Below, in pieces: positions 29,276 to 38,229 of a stretch of 64,000 nucleotides of DNA (its first letter is position 1; every line of letters starts with the position of its first letter). Location of the stretch: NCBI GenBank assembly GCA_016186695.1, contig JACPLC010000001.1, forward strand, positions 32,284 through 96,283, read 5' to 3'. The position numbers and the translations under genes are program-made. Below the pieces are notes generated by a model, which was given only the letters and a program-made list of their open reading frames with translations, did not search any database and was not told the origin of the DNA. Source of the stretch: Candidatus Kaiserbacteria bacterium (lineage in GTDB: Bacteria > Patescibacteriota > Minisyncoccia > Phycocordibacterales > UBA2100).

Positions 29276-29845
29276 TTATGGTGGTCGGGGCGTAGTTGTT
29301 GTGCTCTCGCGATTCCTGTGATTGTAAGCGAAGACCGCGCTCAAGACGGTGACGGGCACAAGGTGTGCCAACCACGTTGCTATGAACGCCCTCGCATGGA
29401 TCAACGGCCAGGTGTTTTGCCATCCGCCACATTTCAGGAAGATGAGCGAAAGGATGAATCCGCCGAGACATGCGGCGATCCGCGTCTGCATAGGCAGATG
29501 GTGGTGCGGCGGCAGGAATCCTTGGGCTATTGCGACCGCAACTGCGGATGCAATAACGTTGAGGTCATCGGCTGAATAGTACACGGTCGCCGTCATCAGG
29601 ATGCCCTGGTAGAAGATGGTCTCGCCGAGGACGAAGAGGGTGAGTTTCCACGCCCGCCCCATCTGACCGTCTTCGGAAACCGTGAGCGACCGTTCGTACA
29701 TGACAGCGGCCGGGTTACTGCCCCCATGCGCGAATGCGATACCCGCCATCGCGATACCGCCCATGAGGGCGACCGCGGTGAGCTCCAGCCAATCGTCCAG
29801 ACTTGTCGGCTCATGCCTGAGCCATTCCATGATTGTTTCGATCAT
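29276..29845 (-). CDS. hypothetical integral membrane protein (possible CAAX/Abi-like)
   Basis: Multiple TM helices; GETIFYQG and ATWLAH loosely resemble CPBP motifs. Confidence 0.6.
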   Translation of the reverse strand: MIETIMEWLRHEPTSLDDWLELTAVALMGGIAMAGIAFAHGGSNPAAVMYERSLTVSEDGQMGRAWKLTLFVLGETIFYQGILMTATVYYSADDLNVIASAVAVAIAQGFLPPHHHLPMQTRIAACLGGFILSLIFLKCGGWQNTWPLIHARAFIATWLAHLVPVTVLSAVFAYNHRNRESTTTTPRPP

Positions 29846-30073
29846 GTTCCACTCCCTGTTTCAATGAACCCACTGCATTATATTCCGTTGGTAAGACTTT
29901 TTGTTCGGGGAATTCCCTCCTTCGTCCGTCACACGCATTGCGTGTGTTGGACTTCGGACGGGCAGGCGGCGGAAAATTTGAAAATGAGAAGGCCGCGCGC
30001 TGTTTCTACAGCGCCTCAATAGAGCCAAAATCTGGCGGCTTGCCAAAGCCGTGGGGAGGAGTACCGTTTAAAC

Positions 30074-30259
30074 ATGGTTACCCATCTAAAAATCGATGCA
30101 CTTATCAGTCTTACTATCATTTTTCTCTCTCTGTTTGCGTTTGCGTCGATGGCGGATGCAAGGACAGTGCCGAGTTTCAAGTCCATGGTGGAGCGGTCCA
30201 GCATGTCTGATTTATATCAGGCGCCTGCCGACCCGTCTTCGTCCAGAACCTGCAGGTAA
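30074..30259 (+). CDS. small hypothetical protein with hydrophobic N-terminus
   Basis: GGAG upstream; 61 aa. Confidence 0.45.
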   Translation: MVTHLKIDALISLTIIFLSLFAFASMADARTVPSFKSMVERSSMSDLYQAPADPSSSRTCR

Positions 30260-30307
30260 TAATCACCTGTTACAATTGGTAATTATTAATATCCAGTTGT
30301 GAGCCTT

Positions 30308-30430
30308 ATGGACGAAGAGTTTTGCGATTGCGGTCCGCACAGTACGTGCAAGCCCGGTGACGAAACCTGCGATGGCTGTGGAAAGAAGTGCCGCCCGAAT
30401 GCCTCAAAAATAGAGGAGGGAGAGGAATAG
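30308..30430 (+). CDS. 40-aa Cys-rich microprotein (not in ORF track)
   Basis: MDEEFCDCGPHSTCKPGDETCDGCGKKCRPNASKIEEGEE*; TATG start context. Confidence 0.5.
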   Translation: MDEEFCDCGPHSTCKPGDETCDGCGKKCRPNASKIEEGEE

Positions 30431-30476
30431 GGAATGTTGCGTTCTACCCATAGATAGGGCATACTCTGCGGGTTCT

Positions 30477-30983
30477 ATGACAGCGGAAGGGAAAGTAAAA
30501 CCTGCCCGTACCGAAACGGTACGTTCGGGCGGGAAGGTGCAGAAGCCCCGCGCCTCCGCCAAAGGCGGATCCGCCTCGGGCGGAAAAAAGGCGGCAACAC
30601 CTGCCGCACCTTCCGTTGCACCAACTCGTGCACCCGCCAGAGGCCGGTCCTCCTCCGGAGGAAAAAAGGCTGAAACCGCACATCGCCTGCGCATCAAAGT
30701 GCGCGCCTACGAGCACGGTGTTTTGGACAATTCGGTGAAGCAGATCATCGACACCGCTGCCCGCTACAATGCGCACATCATCGGCCCCGTTCCACTCCCT
30801 ATCGATATCAAGAAGTACACGGTGAACCGCGCGGCTTTCATCGACAAAGACTCGCGTGAGCAGTTCGAGATGCGCATTCACAAACGCATGATAGATATTT
30901 TGAATCCTGCGCCGAAAGTAATCGAAGCACTCACCAACATCGATTTGCCTTCCGGTGTCTCCATCGACGTGAAGATGATGTGA
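30477..30983 (+). CDS. rpsJ: 30S ribosomal protein S10 with palindrome-rich N-terminal extension
   Basis: RLRIKVRAYEH, GPVPLP, KDSREQFEMRIHKRMIDI. Confidence 0.97.
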   Translation: MTAEGKVKPARTETVRSGGKVQKPRASAKGGSASGGKKAATPAAPSVAPTRAPARGRSSSGGKKAETAHRLRIKVRAYEHGVLDNSVKQIIDTAARYNAHIIGPVPLPIDIKKYTVNRAAFIDKDSREQFEMRIHKRMIDILNPAPKVIEALTNIDLPSGVSIDVKMM

Positions 30984-30987
30984 GATG

Positions 30988-31022
30988 TCTGCCCCGTTGG
31001 AAGCGAAGCTTTCCAACTGGGG
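30988..31022. repeat. intergenic REP-like palindrome (same family as 10957 and 17522)
   Basis: TCTGCCCCGTTGGAAGCGAAGCTTTCCAACTGGGG. Confidence 0.8.
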
Positions 31023-31089
31023 TAAAAAAATGTAAAGGTTTTCCACACGAGAGCCTGCCCCGAAGGGGCAGGCTCTCGTGTCATATATA

Positions 31090-32538
31090 ATGAGTTCGAT
31101 GCTACGCTCTACTGGCTTATGGGTATCCACGTTAGCGATTGCCGCTTTTCTGCTCGGCTTTTCGCTCGCGCATGCTGCGAGTACCATATGGAGCACTACG
31201 TTCACGGGCGGCTGTTGGAGTTGCCAGCAGGATGTGCCGACCGGTGTCTGGGGTTCGGCCATTAACGGTCAGGTACAGGTAGAGTATCTTGCAGAAATTG
31301 AACGTCTTACTGCAGACGGCAGCCCGACAGGTATTCTCATTCTTCCGGGAGATTCTATTCCCGTCGGGACAAAAATGAAACTGAAGTTTGTTCCGCACCA
31401 CTACACCCATATCTCATGGTTTGCGACCGGCTCCGCCTGGGATTCTCCGTATGGTTGTTGGAAGGAAGAAGGGTTTAGGCTGGGAGGAAACAGTGCTTAC
31501 GGTGAGTCCGGTGTGTGCACCGGAGAGCTAATTACGGTTTCGATAAGTGTTGACCAATCGTTTCTGTATGGCAGTTTGGTTTTTGCAGTAGTTGTTGATC
31601 CCCCGAGTAAATCTGTACAGGGATACCAATCGCATCTCTCGTGTCAGAGTGCAGGCGGAGGCGATCTGAATTGCACGGCGACGAATCCCGGAGAAGTCGA
31701 GCCGCAGTTTGTTTTCTCGCAGACGCCATGGAGTGGATACGAATCCGGTGCGCCGGGAGGAGGTCAGAGTGTCGGGGGATTCGTACCTGAACGAACCATT
31801 CCATACCCTATAACAATCACCGACGTTGCTCCTTCGGCCACTCCGGATCCCGAATGTACGGGTGATTGTGTTCCGGGGTCTCCCTCGAAGCCGACTGTGT
31901 CTCCTGTAGTTGTTTCCGGTTCAGCGCAATGTACTGTCGGTATTGGCTACTCAATTTCAATCACAGCCTCCGACCCCGACGGTGACGACATCAAGTACGG
32001 AGTGGACTGGGACGCAAATGGCACGGTGGACCAGTTTGCCCCTGCGACGGGCTACGTCCCCTCAGGCACAAGCCAGACAGTCTCACGCACATACGCCACA
32101 GAGGGCTCGAAGACCGTGAAGGTGATGGCAATAGATGACAACGGTCTCACCTCAAGCTGGACCACTCTCACCTTCTCCTGCACTGACGAAGGAAGCGAAG
32201 CACAAGGAGCAGGCGAGAACCTCGGAGACGACGAGGATACAGGAGGTGGAGGAGACAGTGGAGCCACCCCCAACCTCACGATCCGTGCTATTCCTTCACT
32301 CGTCAGATCCGGTGAGACCACCAAGCTCCACTGGAGTGCCTCCAACGTCACTGCCTGCACCGTCACCGGCGAGAACGGCGACAGCTTCGAAGGCACTATA
32401 TCCGACGAACCAACAGGGAACGAAACCTCTCCCATCACCGCCCAAACCACCTACACCCTCTCCTGCGAGGACGACGATGGCAACACCCTCACGCAATCCA
32501 CAACCGTGAACATCCTTCCTGTGTGGAGTGAGTTTTAA
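31090..32538 (+). CDS. secreted PKD/Ig-like surface protein
   Basis: Signal peptide; ASDPDGDDIKYGVDWD PKD-like domain; C-terminal Ig-like domain. Confidence 0.8.
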   Translation: MSSMLRSTGLWVSTLAIAAFLLGFSLAHAASTIWSTTFTGGCWSCQQDVPTGVWGSAINGQVQVEYLAEIERLTADGSPTGILILPGDSIPVGTKMKLKFVPHHYTHISWFATGSAWDSPYGCWKEEGFRLGGNSAYGESGVCTGELITVSISVDQSFLYGSLVFAVVVDPPSKSVQGYQSHLSCQSAGGGDLNCTATNPGEVEPQFVFSQTPWSGYESGAPGGGQSVGGFVPERTIPYPITITDVAPSATPDPECTGDCVPGSPSKPTVSPVVVSGSAQCTVGIGYSISITASDPDGDDIKYGVDWDANGTVDQFAPATGYVPSGTSQTVSRTYATEGSKTVKVMAIDDNGLTSSWTTLTFSCTDEGSEAQGAGENLGDDEDTGGGGDSGATPNLTIRAIPSLVRSGETTKLHWSASNVTACTVTGENGDSFEGTISDEPTGNETSPITAQTTYTLSCEDDDGNTLTQSTTVNILPVWSEF

Positions 32539-32557
32539 GGTGTATTATTCAAGTCAC

Positions 32558-34045
32558 ATGTCAAGATACATGCTCTTTGCGAAACGATCACTGATTCTTT
32601 TAGGAGCGATGGGCGTCGCGGTGTTTCTCATGCTCGCTTCGTTCGCGTATGCGCAAAGCCCCACTTCTGGTGATTCGATCGAGAATTTTCCTGGTCCGTC
32701 GAGTGTTGCAGCGCCCACAGGCACCGTAAACTGCTTCGACTACTACCGGTTTGGTTCCGTGCAGGCCAACATCGCCGCGCAAACCTCGTCGGCTGTTTCC
32801 GGCACCCCCATTACCTTTACCGGCACGCTCGAAAATCAAAACTCGTATCCCATCATCGACGGCGCGCTCTATGTCAAAGTGTTCCGCCTGCGCGACAACC
32901 CGCGCGAGAAAAACGTGAACGGTCCCTTTGTCGTCGATCAGTTCTTCGTGCGCGACGGTATCAATCTTCCTGCGGGCGGACGCATGCCCCTCATCTTTAC
33001 CTGGGACATACCGAGCTACACCCCGAGCGGCCGCTATGAAGTCGCCACCTTCTTCACGACTTCGAAGAAGTACAACCTTCTCGGCCTCTCGTTCACTGAC
33101 GACGTAGTAGGAAACCGCGCCGGATTCAGCGTTGTCGGTGAGATACGCGACATCGTTGCGTTCGACAAAGACAAGGTTTCGGTAGCAGGCGGCACGTATC
33201 GTTTCGCGGCGTTTCCTCCGCGTGTCAGCACAACAGCCCCGGTGCCCATTGAGGCAGTCGTCATGAATGAAACTGATACCGATGCGCACGTCTCAATCCG
33301 CTGGCAGGCATATGCGTGGGATCAGGGCCGCTTTGAAAACCTTGTCGCGCAGGATACGCAGTCGGTGATCGTGCCAAAAAACGGCACTGCGCGCGCATCG
33401 TATACGGTGACGGATGCGCGCTACCCCGTCTACCTCGTCGTGGGCACGCTCTCATGGCAGAACACGCAATCTGTTATCAATGTCCGTTTTGTGCGAGAGG
33501 GAATAGACCGCACACGCATCAACTTTCCCGGTATCACTGCTTTCCCGCTCGTTGCAGGGGAGGCCACGACCCTCTTCTCGTGTTTGCACAACAGCGGCGA
33601 GAGCGCGGTCGTAAAAAACGGCAGGCTTGAGCTCAAGCTCTCGGGCGGGTGGGGAAGGACGATACACGAGTATGTCTACGAAGGAGACGTGACGGGCGCC
33701 ATGATGGGAGTAGCCGACGTGTTCACGCCAAAGACCGGCTACAACGCTCTCACTCTCGACGCGATGCTCTACCAAGACGGTGTTCTCGTTGACGAGGCGC
33801 ATCTCACCTACGACTGCGCAGCCATCGATCCATCGTCCTGTCTTCCCGACAGCGAAACAAGAGGTGCGTTTACCCTGTTCTCATTCGCCGGTGACTCATC
33901 GCTCCCCGCAATTATCGGGTCGGCGCTCGTCATCCTTCTCCTTGCGCTCCTTGCCGCGGCACTTCTGCGACGTCTCGGGAAGAACAGGGACATACCGCCC
34001 CCACCCCCACCCCCACCTCCACCTCCGGCATTTCCGACCCAGTGA
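32558..34045 (+). CDS. secreted protein with C-terminal TM anchor and poly-proline tail
   Basis: Signal peptide; beta-rich body; TM helix then a run of 11 Pro. Confidence 0.8.
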   Translation: MSRYMLFAKRSLILLGAMGVAVFLMLASFAYAQSPTSGDSIENFPGPSSVAAPTGTVNCFDYYRFGSVQANIAAQTSSAVSGTPITFTGTLENQNSYPIIDGALYVKVFRLRDNPREKNVNGPFVVDQFFVRDGINLPAGGRMPLIFTWDIPSYTPSGRYEVATFFTTSKKYNLLGLSFTDDVVGNRAGFSVVGEIRDIVAFDKDKVSVAGGTYRFAAFPPRVSTTAPVPIEAVVMNETDTDAHVSIRWQAYAWDQGRFENLVAQDTQSVIVPKNGTARASYTVTDARYPVYLVVGTLSWQNTQSVINVRFVREGIDRTRINFPGITAFPLVAGEATTLFSCLHNSGESAVVKNGRLELKLSGGWGRTIHEYVYEGDVTGAMMGVADVFTPKTGYNALTLDAMLYQDGVLVDEAHLTYDCAAIDPSSCLPDSETRGAFTLFSFAGDSSLPAIIGSALVILLLALLAAALLRRLGKNRDIPPPPPPPPPPPAFPTQ

Positions 34046-34128
34046 TCCTAAAGAGCTAAAGAGCGCGTTGTCAACACGTCGGGAACTTCCCGCGCGGGTT
34101 GAAGATTTTGCGCAGTATACTAATGCAT

Positions 34129-34590
34129 ATGTATACGAAGGCCACGCGAAGAGGTGCGGCGTTCCTCGTTGCCCTCATACTTCTCATGGGATTTGTGACG
34201 CTTGCGTTCGCGCAGGATAGCACTGATCTGCAGGCAACGATCCGTGCAGCAATTCTTTCTGATCCGCGTTCATCCGGTATGACCGAAGAAGAGATCGACG
34301 CGATGGTGGCAGCACTTGCCTCGGAAGCAGAAATGCAGGGCGTTACCTCCCAAGATATCATGTGGCGGCCGCAGGATCCGGCTTCTTTCGACGAGGTCGG
34401 AAGTGGCTCGGGTGAAACGTGCGGGTACTCCGCATTCCTCTGTGCTCTGAACGATGCATTTGGCTTCAGCGGCTCCCCACTCATCATCCCGCTCTTGCTC
34501 GGGGTTTGCTCCGCACTTCTTCTTTTTGTTCTCGGTTCCATTCTCCTGCACACGCACGGTCACCACCCCGTACGCGGCTCGCTCTCGTAG
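34129..34590 (+). CDS. hypothetical membrane protein
   Basis: Signal peptide and C-terminal TM helix. Confidence 0.7.
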   Translation: MYTKATRRGAAFLVALILLMGFVTLAFAQDSTDLQATIRAAILSDPRSSGMTEEEIDAMVAALASEAEMQGVTSQDIMWRPQDPASFDEVGSGSGETCGYSAFLCALNDAFGFSGSPLIIPLLLGVCSALLLFVLGSILLHTHGHHPVRGSLS

Positions 34591-34598
34591 CTCCGGCT

Positions 34599-34729
34599 TT
34601 GCATAGCGGCGGATGCCGTGTATACTCTTCGCACCTCTGTAAAGAGGTCCCATGTCCCCCAGAATAATGATGTGGCGGGGACCACTGGCAAGGCTTGAAA
34701 GGCCGCGCTAGTGCGCGGTTTTCAGTTAT
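34599..34729 (+). promoter_or_regulatory. putative promoter and structured leader of the rplC operon
   Basis: TTGCAT-16-TATACT, then hairpins ACCTCT/AGAGGT, GTCCCC/GGGGAC, CCGCGC/GCGCGG. Confidence 0.5.
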
Positions 34730-35344
34730 ATGGCAAACAAATTTATACTCGGTACCAAGGGTCGCATGACCCAGATTTTTGATGATTCCGGCCGCGTGAC
34801 ACCGGGGACCATCGTGGCCGCCGGTCCGCTTGCGGTGACGCAGGTAAAAAGCGTTGAAAAAGACGGCTATGCGGCAGTACAGGTCGGCTTTGGCAGCAGG
34901 AAGGAAAAAAATCTGAGCGCGGCAGTGAAAGGTCACTTGAAAGGTCTCGGTATGTTCCGCTACCTGCGTGAATTCGCGCCCGATGCAGCACTTGAGCGCG
35001 GTGCGTCGATCGATGTTTCCGTGTTTGCTCCCGGCGACGTTGTTGCAGTCTCTGCGATCTCGAAAGGCAAAGGGTTCCAAGGCGTCGTTAAGCGTCATGG
35101 CTTCCACGGAGGTCCGCGTTCTCACGGGCAGAAGAACAAAGAGCGTGCGCCGGGTTCTATCGGCGGTGGCGGTCGTGCGGGAGCGCGCGTCGTGAAGGGT
35201 ATGCGCATGGGTGGTCGTATGGGCGGCGTGCGCGTGACGGTCAAAAATCTACGCATTCTGCAAGTCGATACTGCATCGAATACGCTTGTCATTTCCGGCG
35301 CTATTCCCGGTGCGCCCGGCACGCTTGTCGAGATAGAAGGATAG
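34730..35344 (+). CDS. rplC: 50S ribosomal protein L3
   Basis: GTKGRMTQIF, SKGKGFQGVVKRHGF. Confidence 0.98.
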   Translation: MANKFILGTKGRMTQIFDDSGRVTPGTIVAAGPLAVTQVKSVEKDGYAAVQVGFGSRKEKNLSAAVKGHLKGLGMFRYLREFAPDAALERGASIDVSVFAPGDVVAVSAISKGKGFQGVVKRHGFHGGPRSHGQKNKERAPGSIGGGGRAGARVVKGMRMGGRMGGVRVTVKNLRILQVDTASNTLVISGAIPGAPGTLVEIEG

Positions 35345-35352
35345 ATATACGT

Positions 35353-36015
35353 ATGGAAGCAACAATTTACAACAAAGAAGGAAAGAAGAGTGGCTCTGTG
35401 AATTTGCCGGAGAACGTTTTTGGGGTCGCATGGAATGACGCTCTCATGCATCAAGTCGTGACTTCGATGCAGGGCAACGCTCGGCCTCGTGTTGCACACA
35501 CGAAGGGTCGTGGCGACGTGCGAGGCGGCGGCAGAAAACCGTGGCGACAGAAAGGTACGGGACGTGCGCGGCACGGTTCGATCCGCTCTCCGATCTGGCG
35601 AGGTGGCGGAGTGACGCATGGCCCGCGAAGTGAAAAGAACTATTCCCGGACGATCCCGAGGGGGATGCGCTCAAAAGCGCTCTTTATGGCACTCTCCCGA
35701 AAGCTGAAAGACAACGAGGTGATTTTTATTGATTCGTTCGGTATGAAGGAGCCAAAGACAGCGCTTGCGAAAAAGACCCTCGCAGCGCTCTCAAAAGCTG
35801 GTTTCGAGCGGATGGTAGGCAAGAGGAAAAATGCGGCCCTCGTTGCACTTTCGAGTATCTCGGAGGGGGTGGTGAAAAGTTTCCGGAATATCGGGAGTGT
35901 CTCATGTATGCCGGTTTCAGACCTCAATCCCGTTGCCGTTCTCTCAAATTCCTACCTCGTCATCGAAAATCCGGAAGCGGCACTTCCGATTTTGAGCGCG
36001 CGTGGCAAAAAATAA
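35353..36015 (+). CDS. rplD: 50S ribosomal protein L4
   Basis: GGGRKPWRQKGTGRARHGSIRSPIWRGGG. Confidence 0.98.
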   Translation: MEATIYNKEGKKSGSVNLPENVFGVAWNDALMHQVVTSMQGNARPRVAHTKGRGDVRGGGRKPWRQKGTGRARHGSIRSPIWRGGGVTHGPRSEKNYSRTIPRGMRSKALFMALSRKLKDNEVIFIDSFGMKEPKTALAKKTLAALSKAGFERMVGKRKNAALVALSSISEGVVKSFRNIGSVSCMPVSDLNPVAVLSNSYLVIENPEAALPILSARGKK

Positions 36016-36017
36016 GT

Positions 36018-36422
36018 ATGGCACTATTCCAACGAAAGAAAAAAGAACCCGCCGACACTGCTCCGTCGGAGAGCAAAAAGATGGAGAAAAAGGCAGAGAA
36101 ACCTGCTATCGCAGTCTCTTCGCGGGAAATCTCCGGCACGGGAGGTATGTCTGACATTCTAAAGAATCCGCGGATTACCGAAAAGGCGACAGCGCACGGT
36201 GAGCTCGGCGTCTACACCTTTGACGTTGCTGAGGTTGCGACAAAGCGCTCTGTAGCCGGCGCGATCGCCGCCCTCTACAAAGTAACGCCGAGAAAAGTCC
36301 GCATCGTGACGGTTCCTTCAAAGATGAAGCGCTCAGTGCGCACCGGAGCTCGGGGTGTTTCCCGGGGTGGCAAGAAGGCGTATGTATACCTTAAAAAGGG
36401 TGACACTATAACCATTTCTTAG
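36018..36422 (+). CDS. rplW: 50S ribosomal protein L23 (N-terminal extension)
   Basis: ILKNPRITEKA, YTFDV, KKAYVYLKKG. Confidence 0.95.
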   Translation: MALFQRKKKEPADTAPSESKKMEKKAEKPAIAVSSREISGTGGMSDILKNPRITEKATAHGELGVYTFDVAEVATKRSVAGAIAALYKVTPRKVRIVTVPSKMKRSVRTGARGVSRGGKKAYVYLKKGDTITIS

Positions 36423-36447
36423 TTCGACAAGCTCACTACAAGTACTT

Positions 36448-37290
36448 ATGAAGACATACAAACCCGTAACAAAAAGCTCTCGTGGGAAGACAACCATCGA
36501 GTATCGCAAATTCTTGAGCGGACATAAGCCGCTGAAGGCGCTCACAAAGGGAAAACGCCACTCAGGCGGACGGAACAGCTTTGGGCGCATCACGATGCGA
36601 CACAAAGGTGGTGGGCATAAGAAGACGTATCGCCTTGTTGATTTTACCTACGATAAAAAGAACATCCCTGCAAAGATCGCAAGCATTGAGTACGATCCTT
36701 TCAGGAGTGCCTTCATCGGTCTTGCGAGCTACGCCGATGGCGAGAAGCGCTACGTTGTGGTACCGCGCACGTGTGCGGTCGGCGACACGTTCATTGTGTC
36801 TGAAAATGCCCCTGCAACGACGGGGAATCGTTTGCCGCTCGCAAACATTCCCGTCGGCACGTTCGTCTACAACATCGAATTAAAGCCGGGTGCGGGCGCC
36901 CGCCTCGCGCGTGCCGCGGGCAACTACTGTGAAATTGTTGCGCAGGACGCGGGCTACACCCACATCAAGCTCCCTTCGACGGAGGTGCGACGCGTACTTA
37001 GTACTTCGTGGGCGTCTGTGGGGGAAGCTTCGAATGAGGAACATCGGCTTGTAAATATCGGAAAGGCGGGGAGAAGTCGCTGGATGGGCGTGAGACCCAC
37101 GGTGCGCGGCAGCGCGATGAATCCGGTTGATCACCCGCACGGCGGCGGTGAAGGCCGCGCGGGCCGGGGCAGTCGCAGGCAGCGGACACTCTGGGGCAGG
37201 CCTGCAGGGAAAGGACAGAAAACGCGCCGGCCGAAAAAGTACTCCAATGTTTTTATCGTTTCGCGCAGAAAGGTTGGAAAACGCGCGTAA
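36448..37290 (+). CDS. rplB: 50S ribosomal protein L2
   Basis: RHKGGGHK, IEYDPFRSA, VRGSAMNPVDHPHGGGEG. Confidence 0.98.
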   Translation: MKTYKPVTKSSRGKTTIEYRKFLSGHKPLKALTKGKRHSGGRNSFGRITMRHKGGGHKKTYRLVDFTYDKKNIPAKIASIEYDPFRSAFIGLASYADGEKRYVVVPRTCAVGDTFIVSENAPATTGNRLPLANIPVGTFVYNIELKPGAGARLARAAGNYCEIVAQDAGYTHIKLPSTEVRRVLSTSWASVGEASNEEHRLVNIGKAGRSRWMGVRPTVRGSAMNPVDHPHGGGEGRAGRGSRRQRTLWGRPAGKGQKTRRPKKYSNVFIVSRRKVGKRA

Positions 37291-37313
37291 TTTCTGTATA
37301 GTTGCTCACTTGT

Positions 37314-37670
37314 ATGTCCCGATCACTCAAAAAAGGCCCGTATGTCGACGAAAAGCTGATGAAAAAAATCAGCGCCCGAAAGCCTGCACAAGGCTCTATA
37401 AAGACGTGGGCACGTGCATCGCAGATCCCGCCGGAGTTCGTCGGCTACACATTTGCCGTACATACGGGAAAGAGCTTCGAGGAAGTCTTCGTGACCGAAG
37501 ATATGGTGGGGCATCGCCTCGGCGAATTTGCACCGACAACAAAGTTCATCAAGCACGGCGGTCGTATGCAGAAGGAAGCAGAAATGGCCGCAAAGGCTGC
37601 TGAAATCACAGCGGCGCAGGCCGCTAAGGCAACTACCGAGGCGGCAAAAGCTCCCGCAGCCCCCAAATAG
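37314..37670 (+). CDS. rpsS: 30S ribosomal protein S19
   Basis: [24 protein letters not shown]. Confidence 0.98.
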   Translation: MSRSLKKGPYVDEKLMKKISARKPAQGSIKTWARASQIPPEFVGYTFAVHTGKSFEEVFVTEDMVGHRLGEFAPTTKFIKHGGRMQKEAEMAAKAAEITAAQAAKATTEAAKAPAAPK

Positions 37671-37673
37671 TCT

Positions 37674-37825
37674 ATGCCCGGTAGTGAAATGTGCCTTAGG
37701 CTTACACAAATTATGAAAACAAATAACGAATACATACAAAGTGCAATGAGTGGGAATCGGTCGCTCACGCCGCGGCAGCACGGCATGCCGGCTGCCGCAA
37801 AGGCACATTCTACTAACCGGGTATG
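37674..37825 (+). other. start-codon hairpin element, copy 1 (encodes a 50-aa MPGS peptide whose TGA overlaps the rplV ATG)
   Basis: ATGCCCGGTAGT...TACTAACCGGGTATG termini shared with 43386-43526. Confidence 0.8.
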
Positions 37826-38218
37826 AAAGCGCTCCTGAAAAATTATCACCAATCGCCGCGCAAAGTGCGGCTCGTCGCCGATTTGATACGTGGCAAGTCG
37901 ATCGCGGATGCGCGAGCGGCGCTCCTCTATCTTCCCAAAAAATCTTCTCCTGTGCTTGGCAAACTTCTCGATTCGGCTGTCGCAAATGCGCGCAGCCGCG
38001 GAGCCACGGCCGAAAATCTTTTCGTAAAAACGATAACGGTCGACAAAGGTGCGGTGCTGCGCCGCTATCGCCCGTTCGCTCGCGGGAGAGCAGGCAGCGT
38101 CCGAAAGACAATGAGCATTATTCGGCTTGAACTGGGGACCGCGTCTCCTCCGAATGCAGCTTCGGCGGGCAAAGCCGGCAAAAAGAAATCTTCCTCGAAG
38201 CTAAACGCTAAACGCTAA
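37823..38218 (+). CDS. rplV: 50S ribosomal protein L22
   Basis: QSPRKVRLVADLIRGK, KLLDSAVANA, RPFARGRAG. Confidence 0.97.
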   Translation: MKALLKNYHQSPRKVRLVADLIRGKSIADARAALLYLPKKSSPVLGKLLDSAVANARSRGATAENLFVKTITVDKGAVLRRYRPFARGRAGSVRKTMSIIRLELGTASPPNAASAGKAGKKKSSSKLNAKR

Positions 38219-38224
38219 ACGCTA
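38200..38224. repeat. heptamer tandem repeat (GCTAAAC x3.5) spanning the rplV stop
   Basis: gctaaac gctaaac gctaaac gcta. Confidence 0.85.
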
Positions 38225-38229
38225 TTTCT

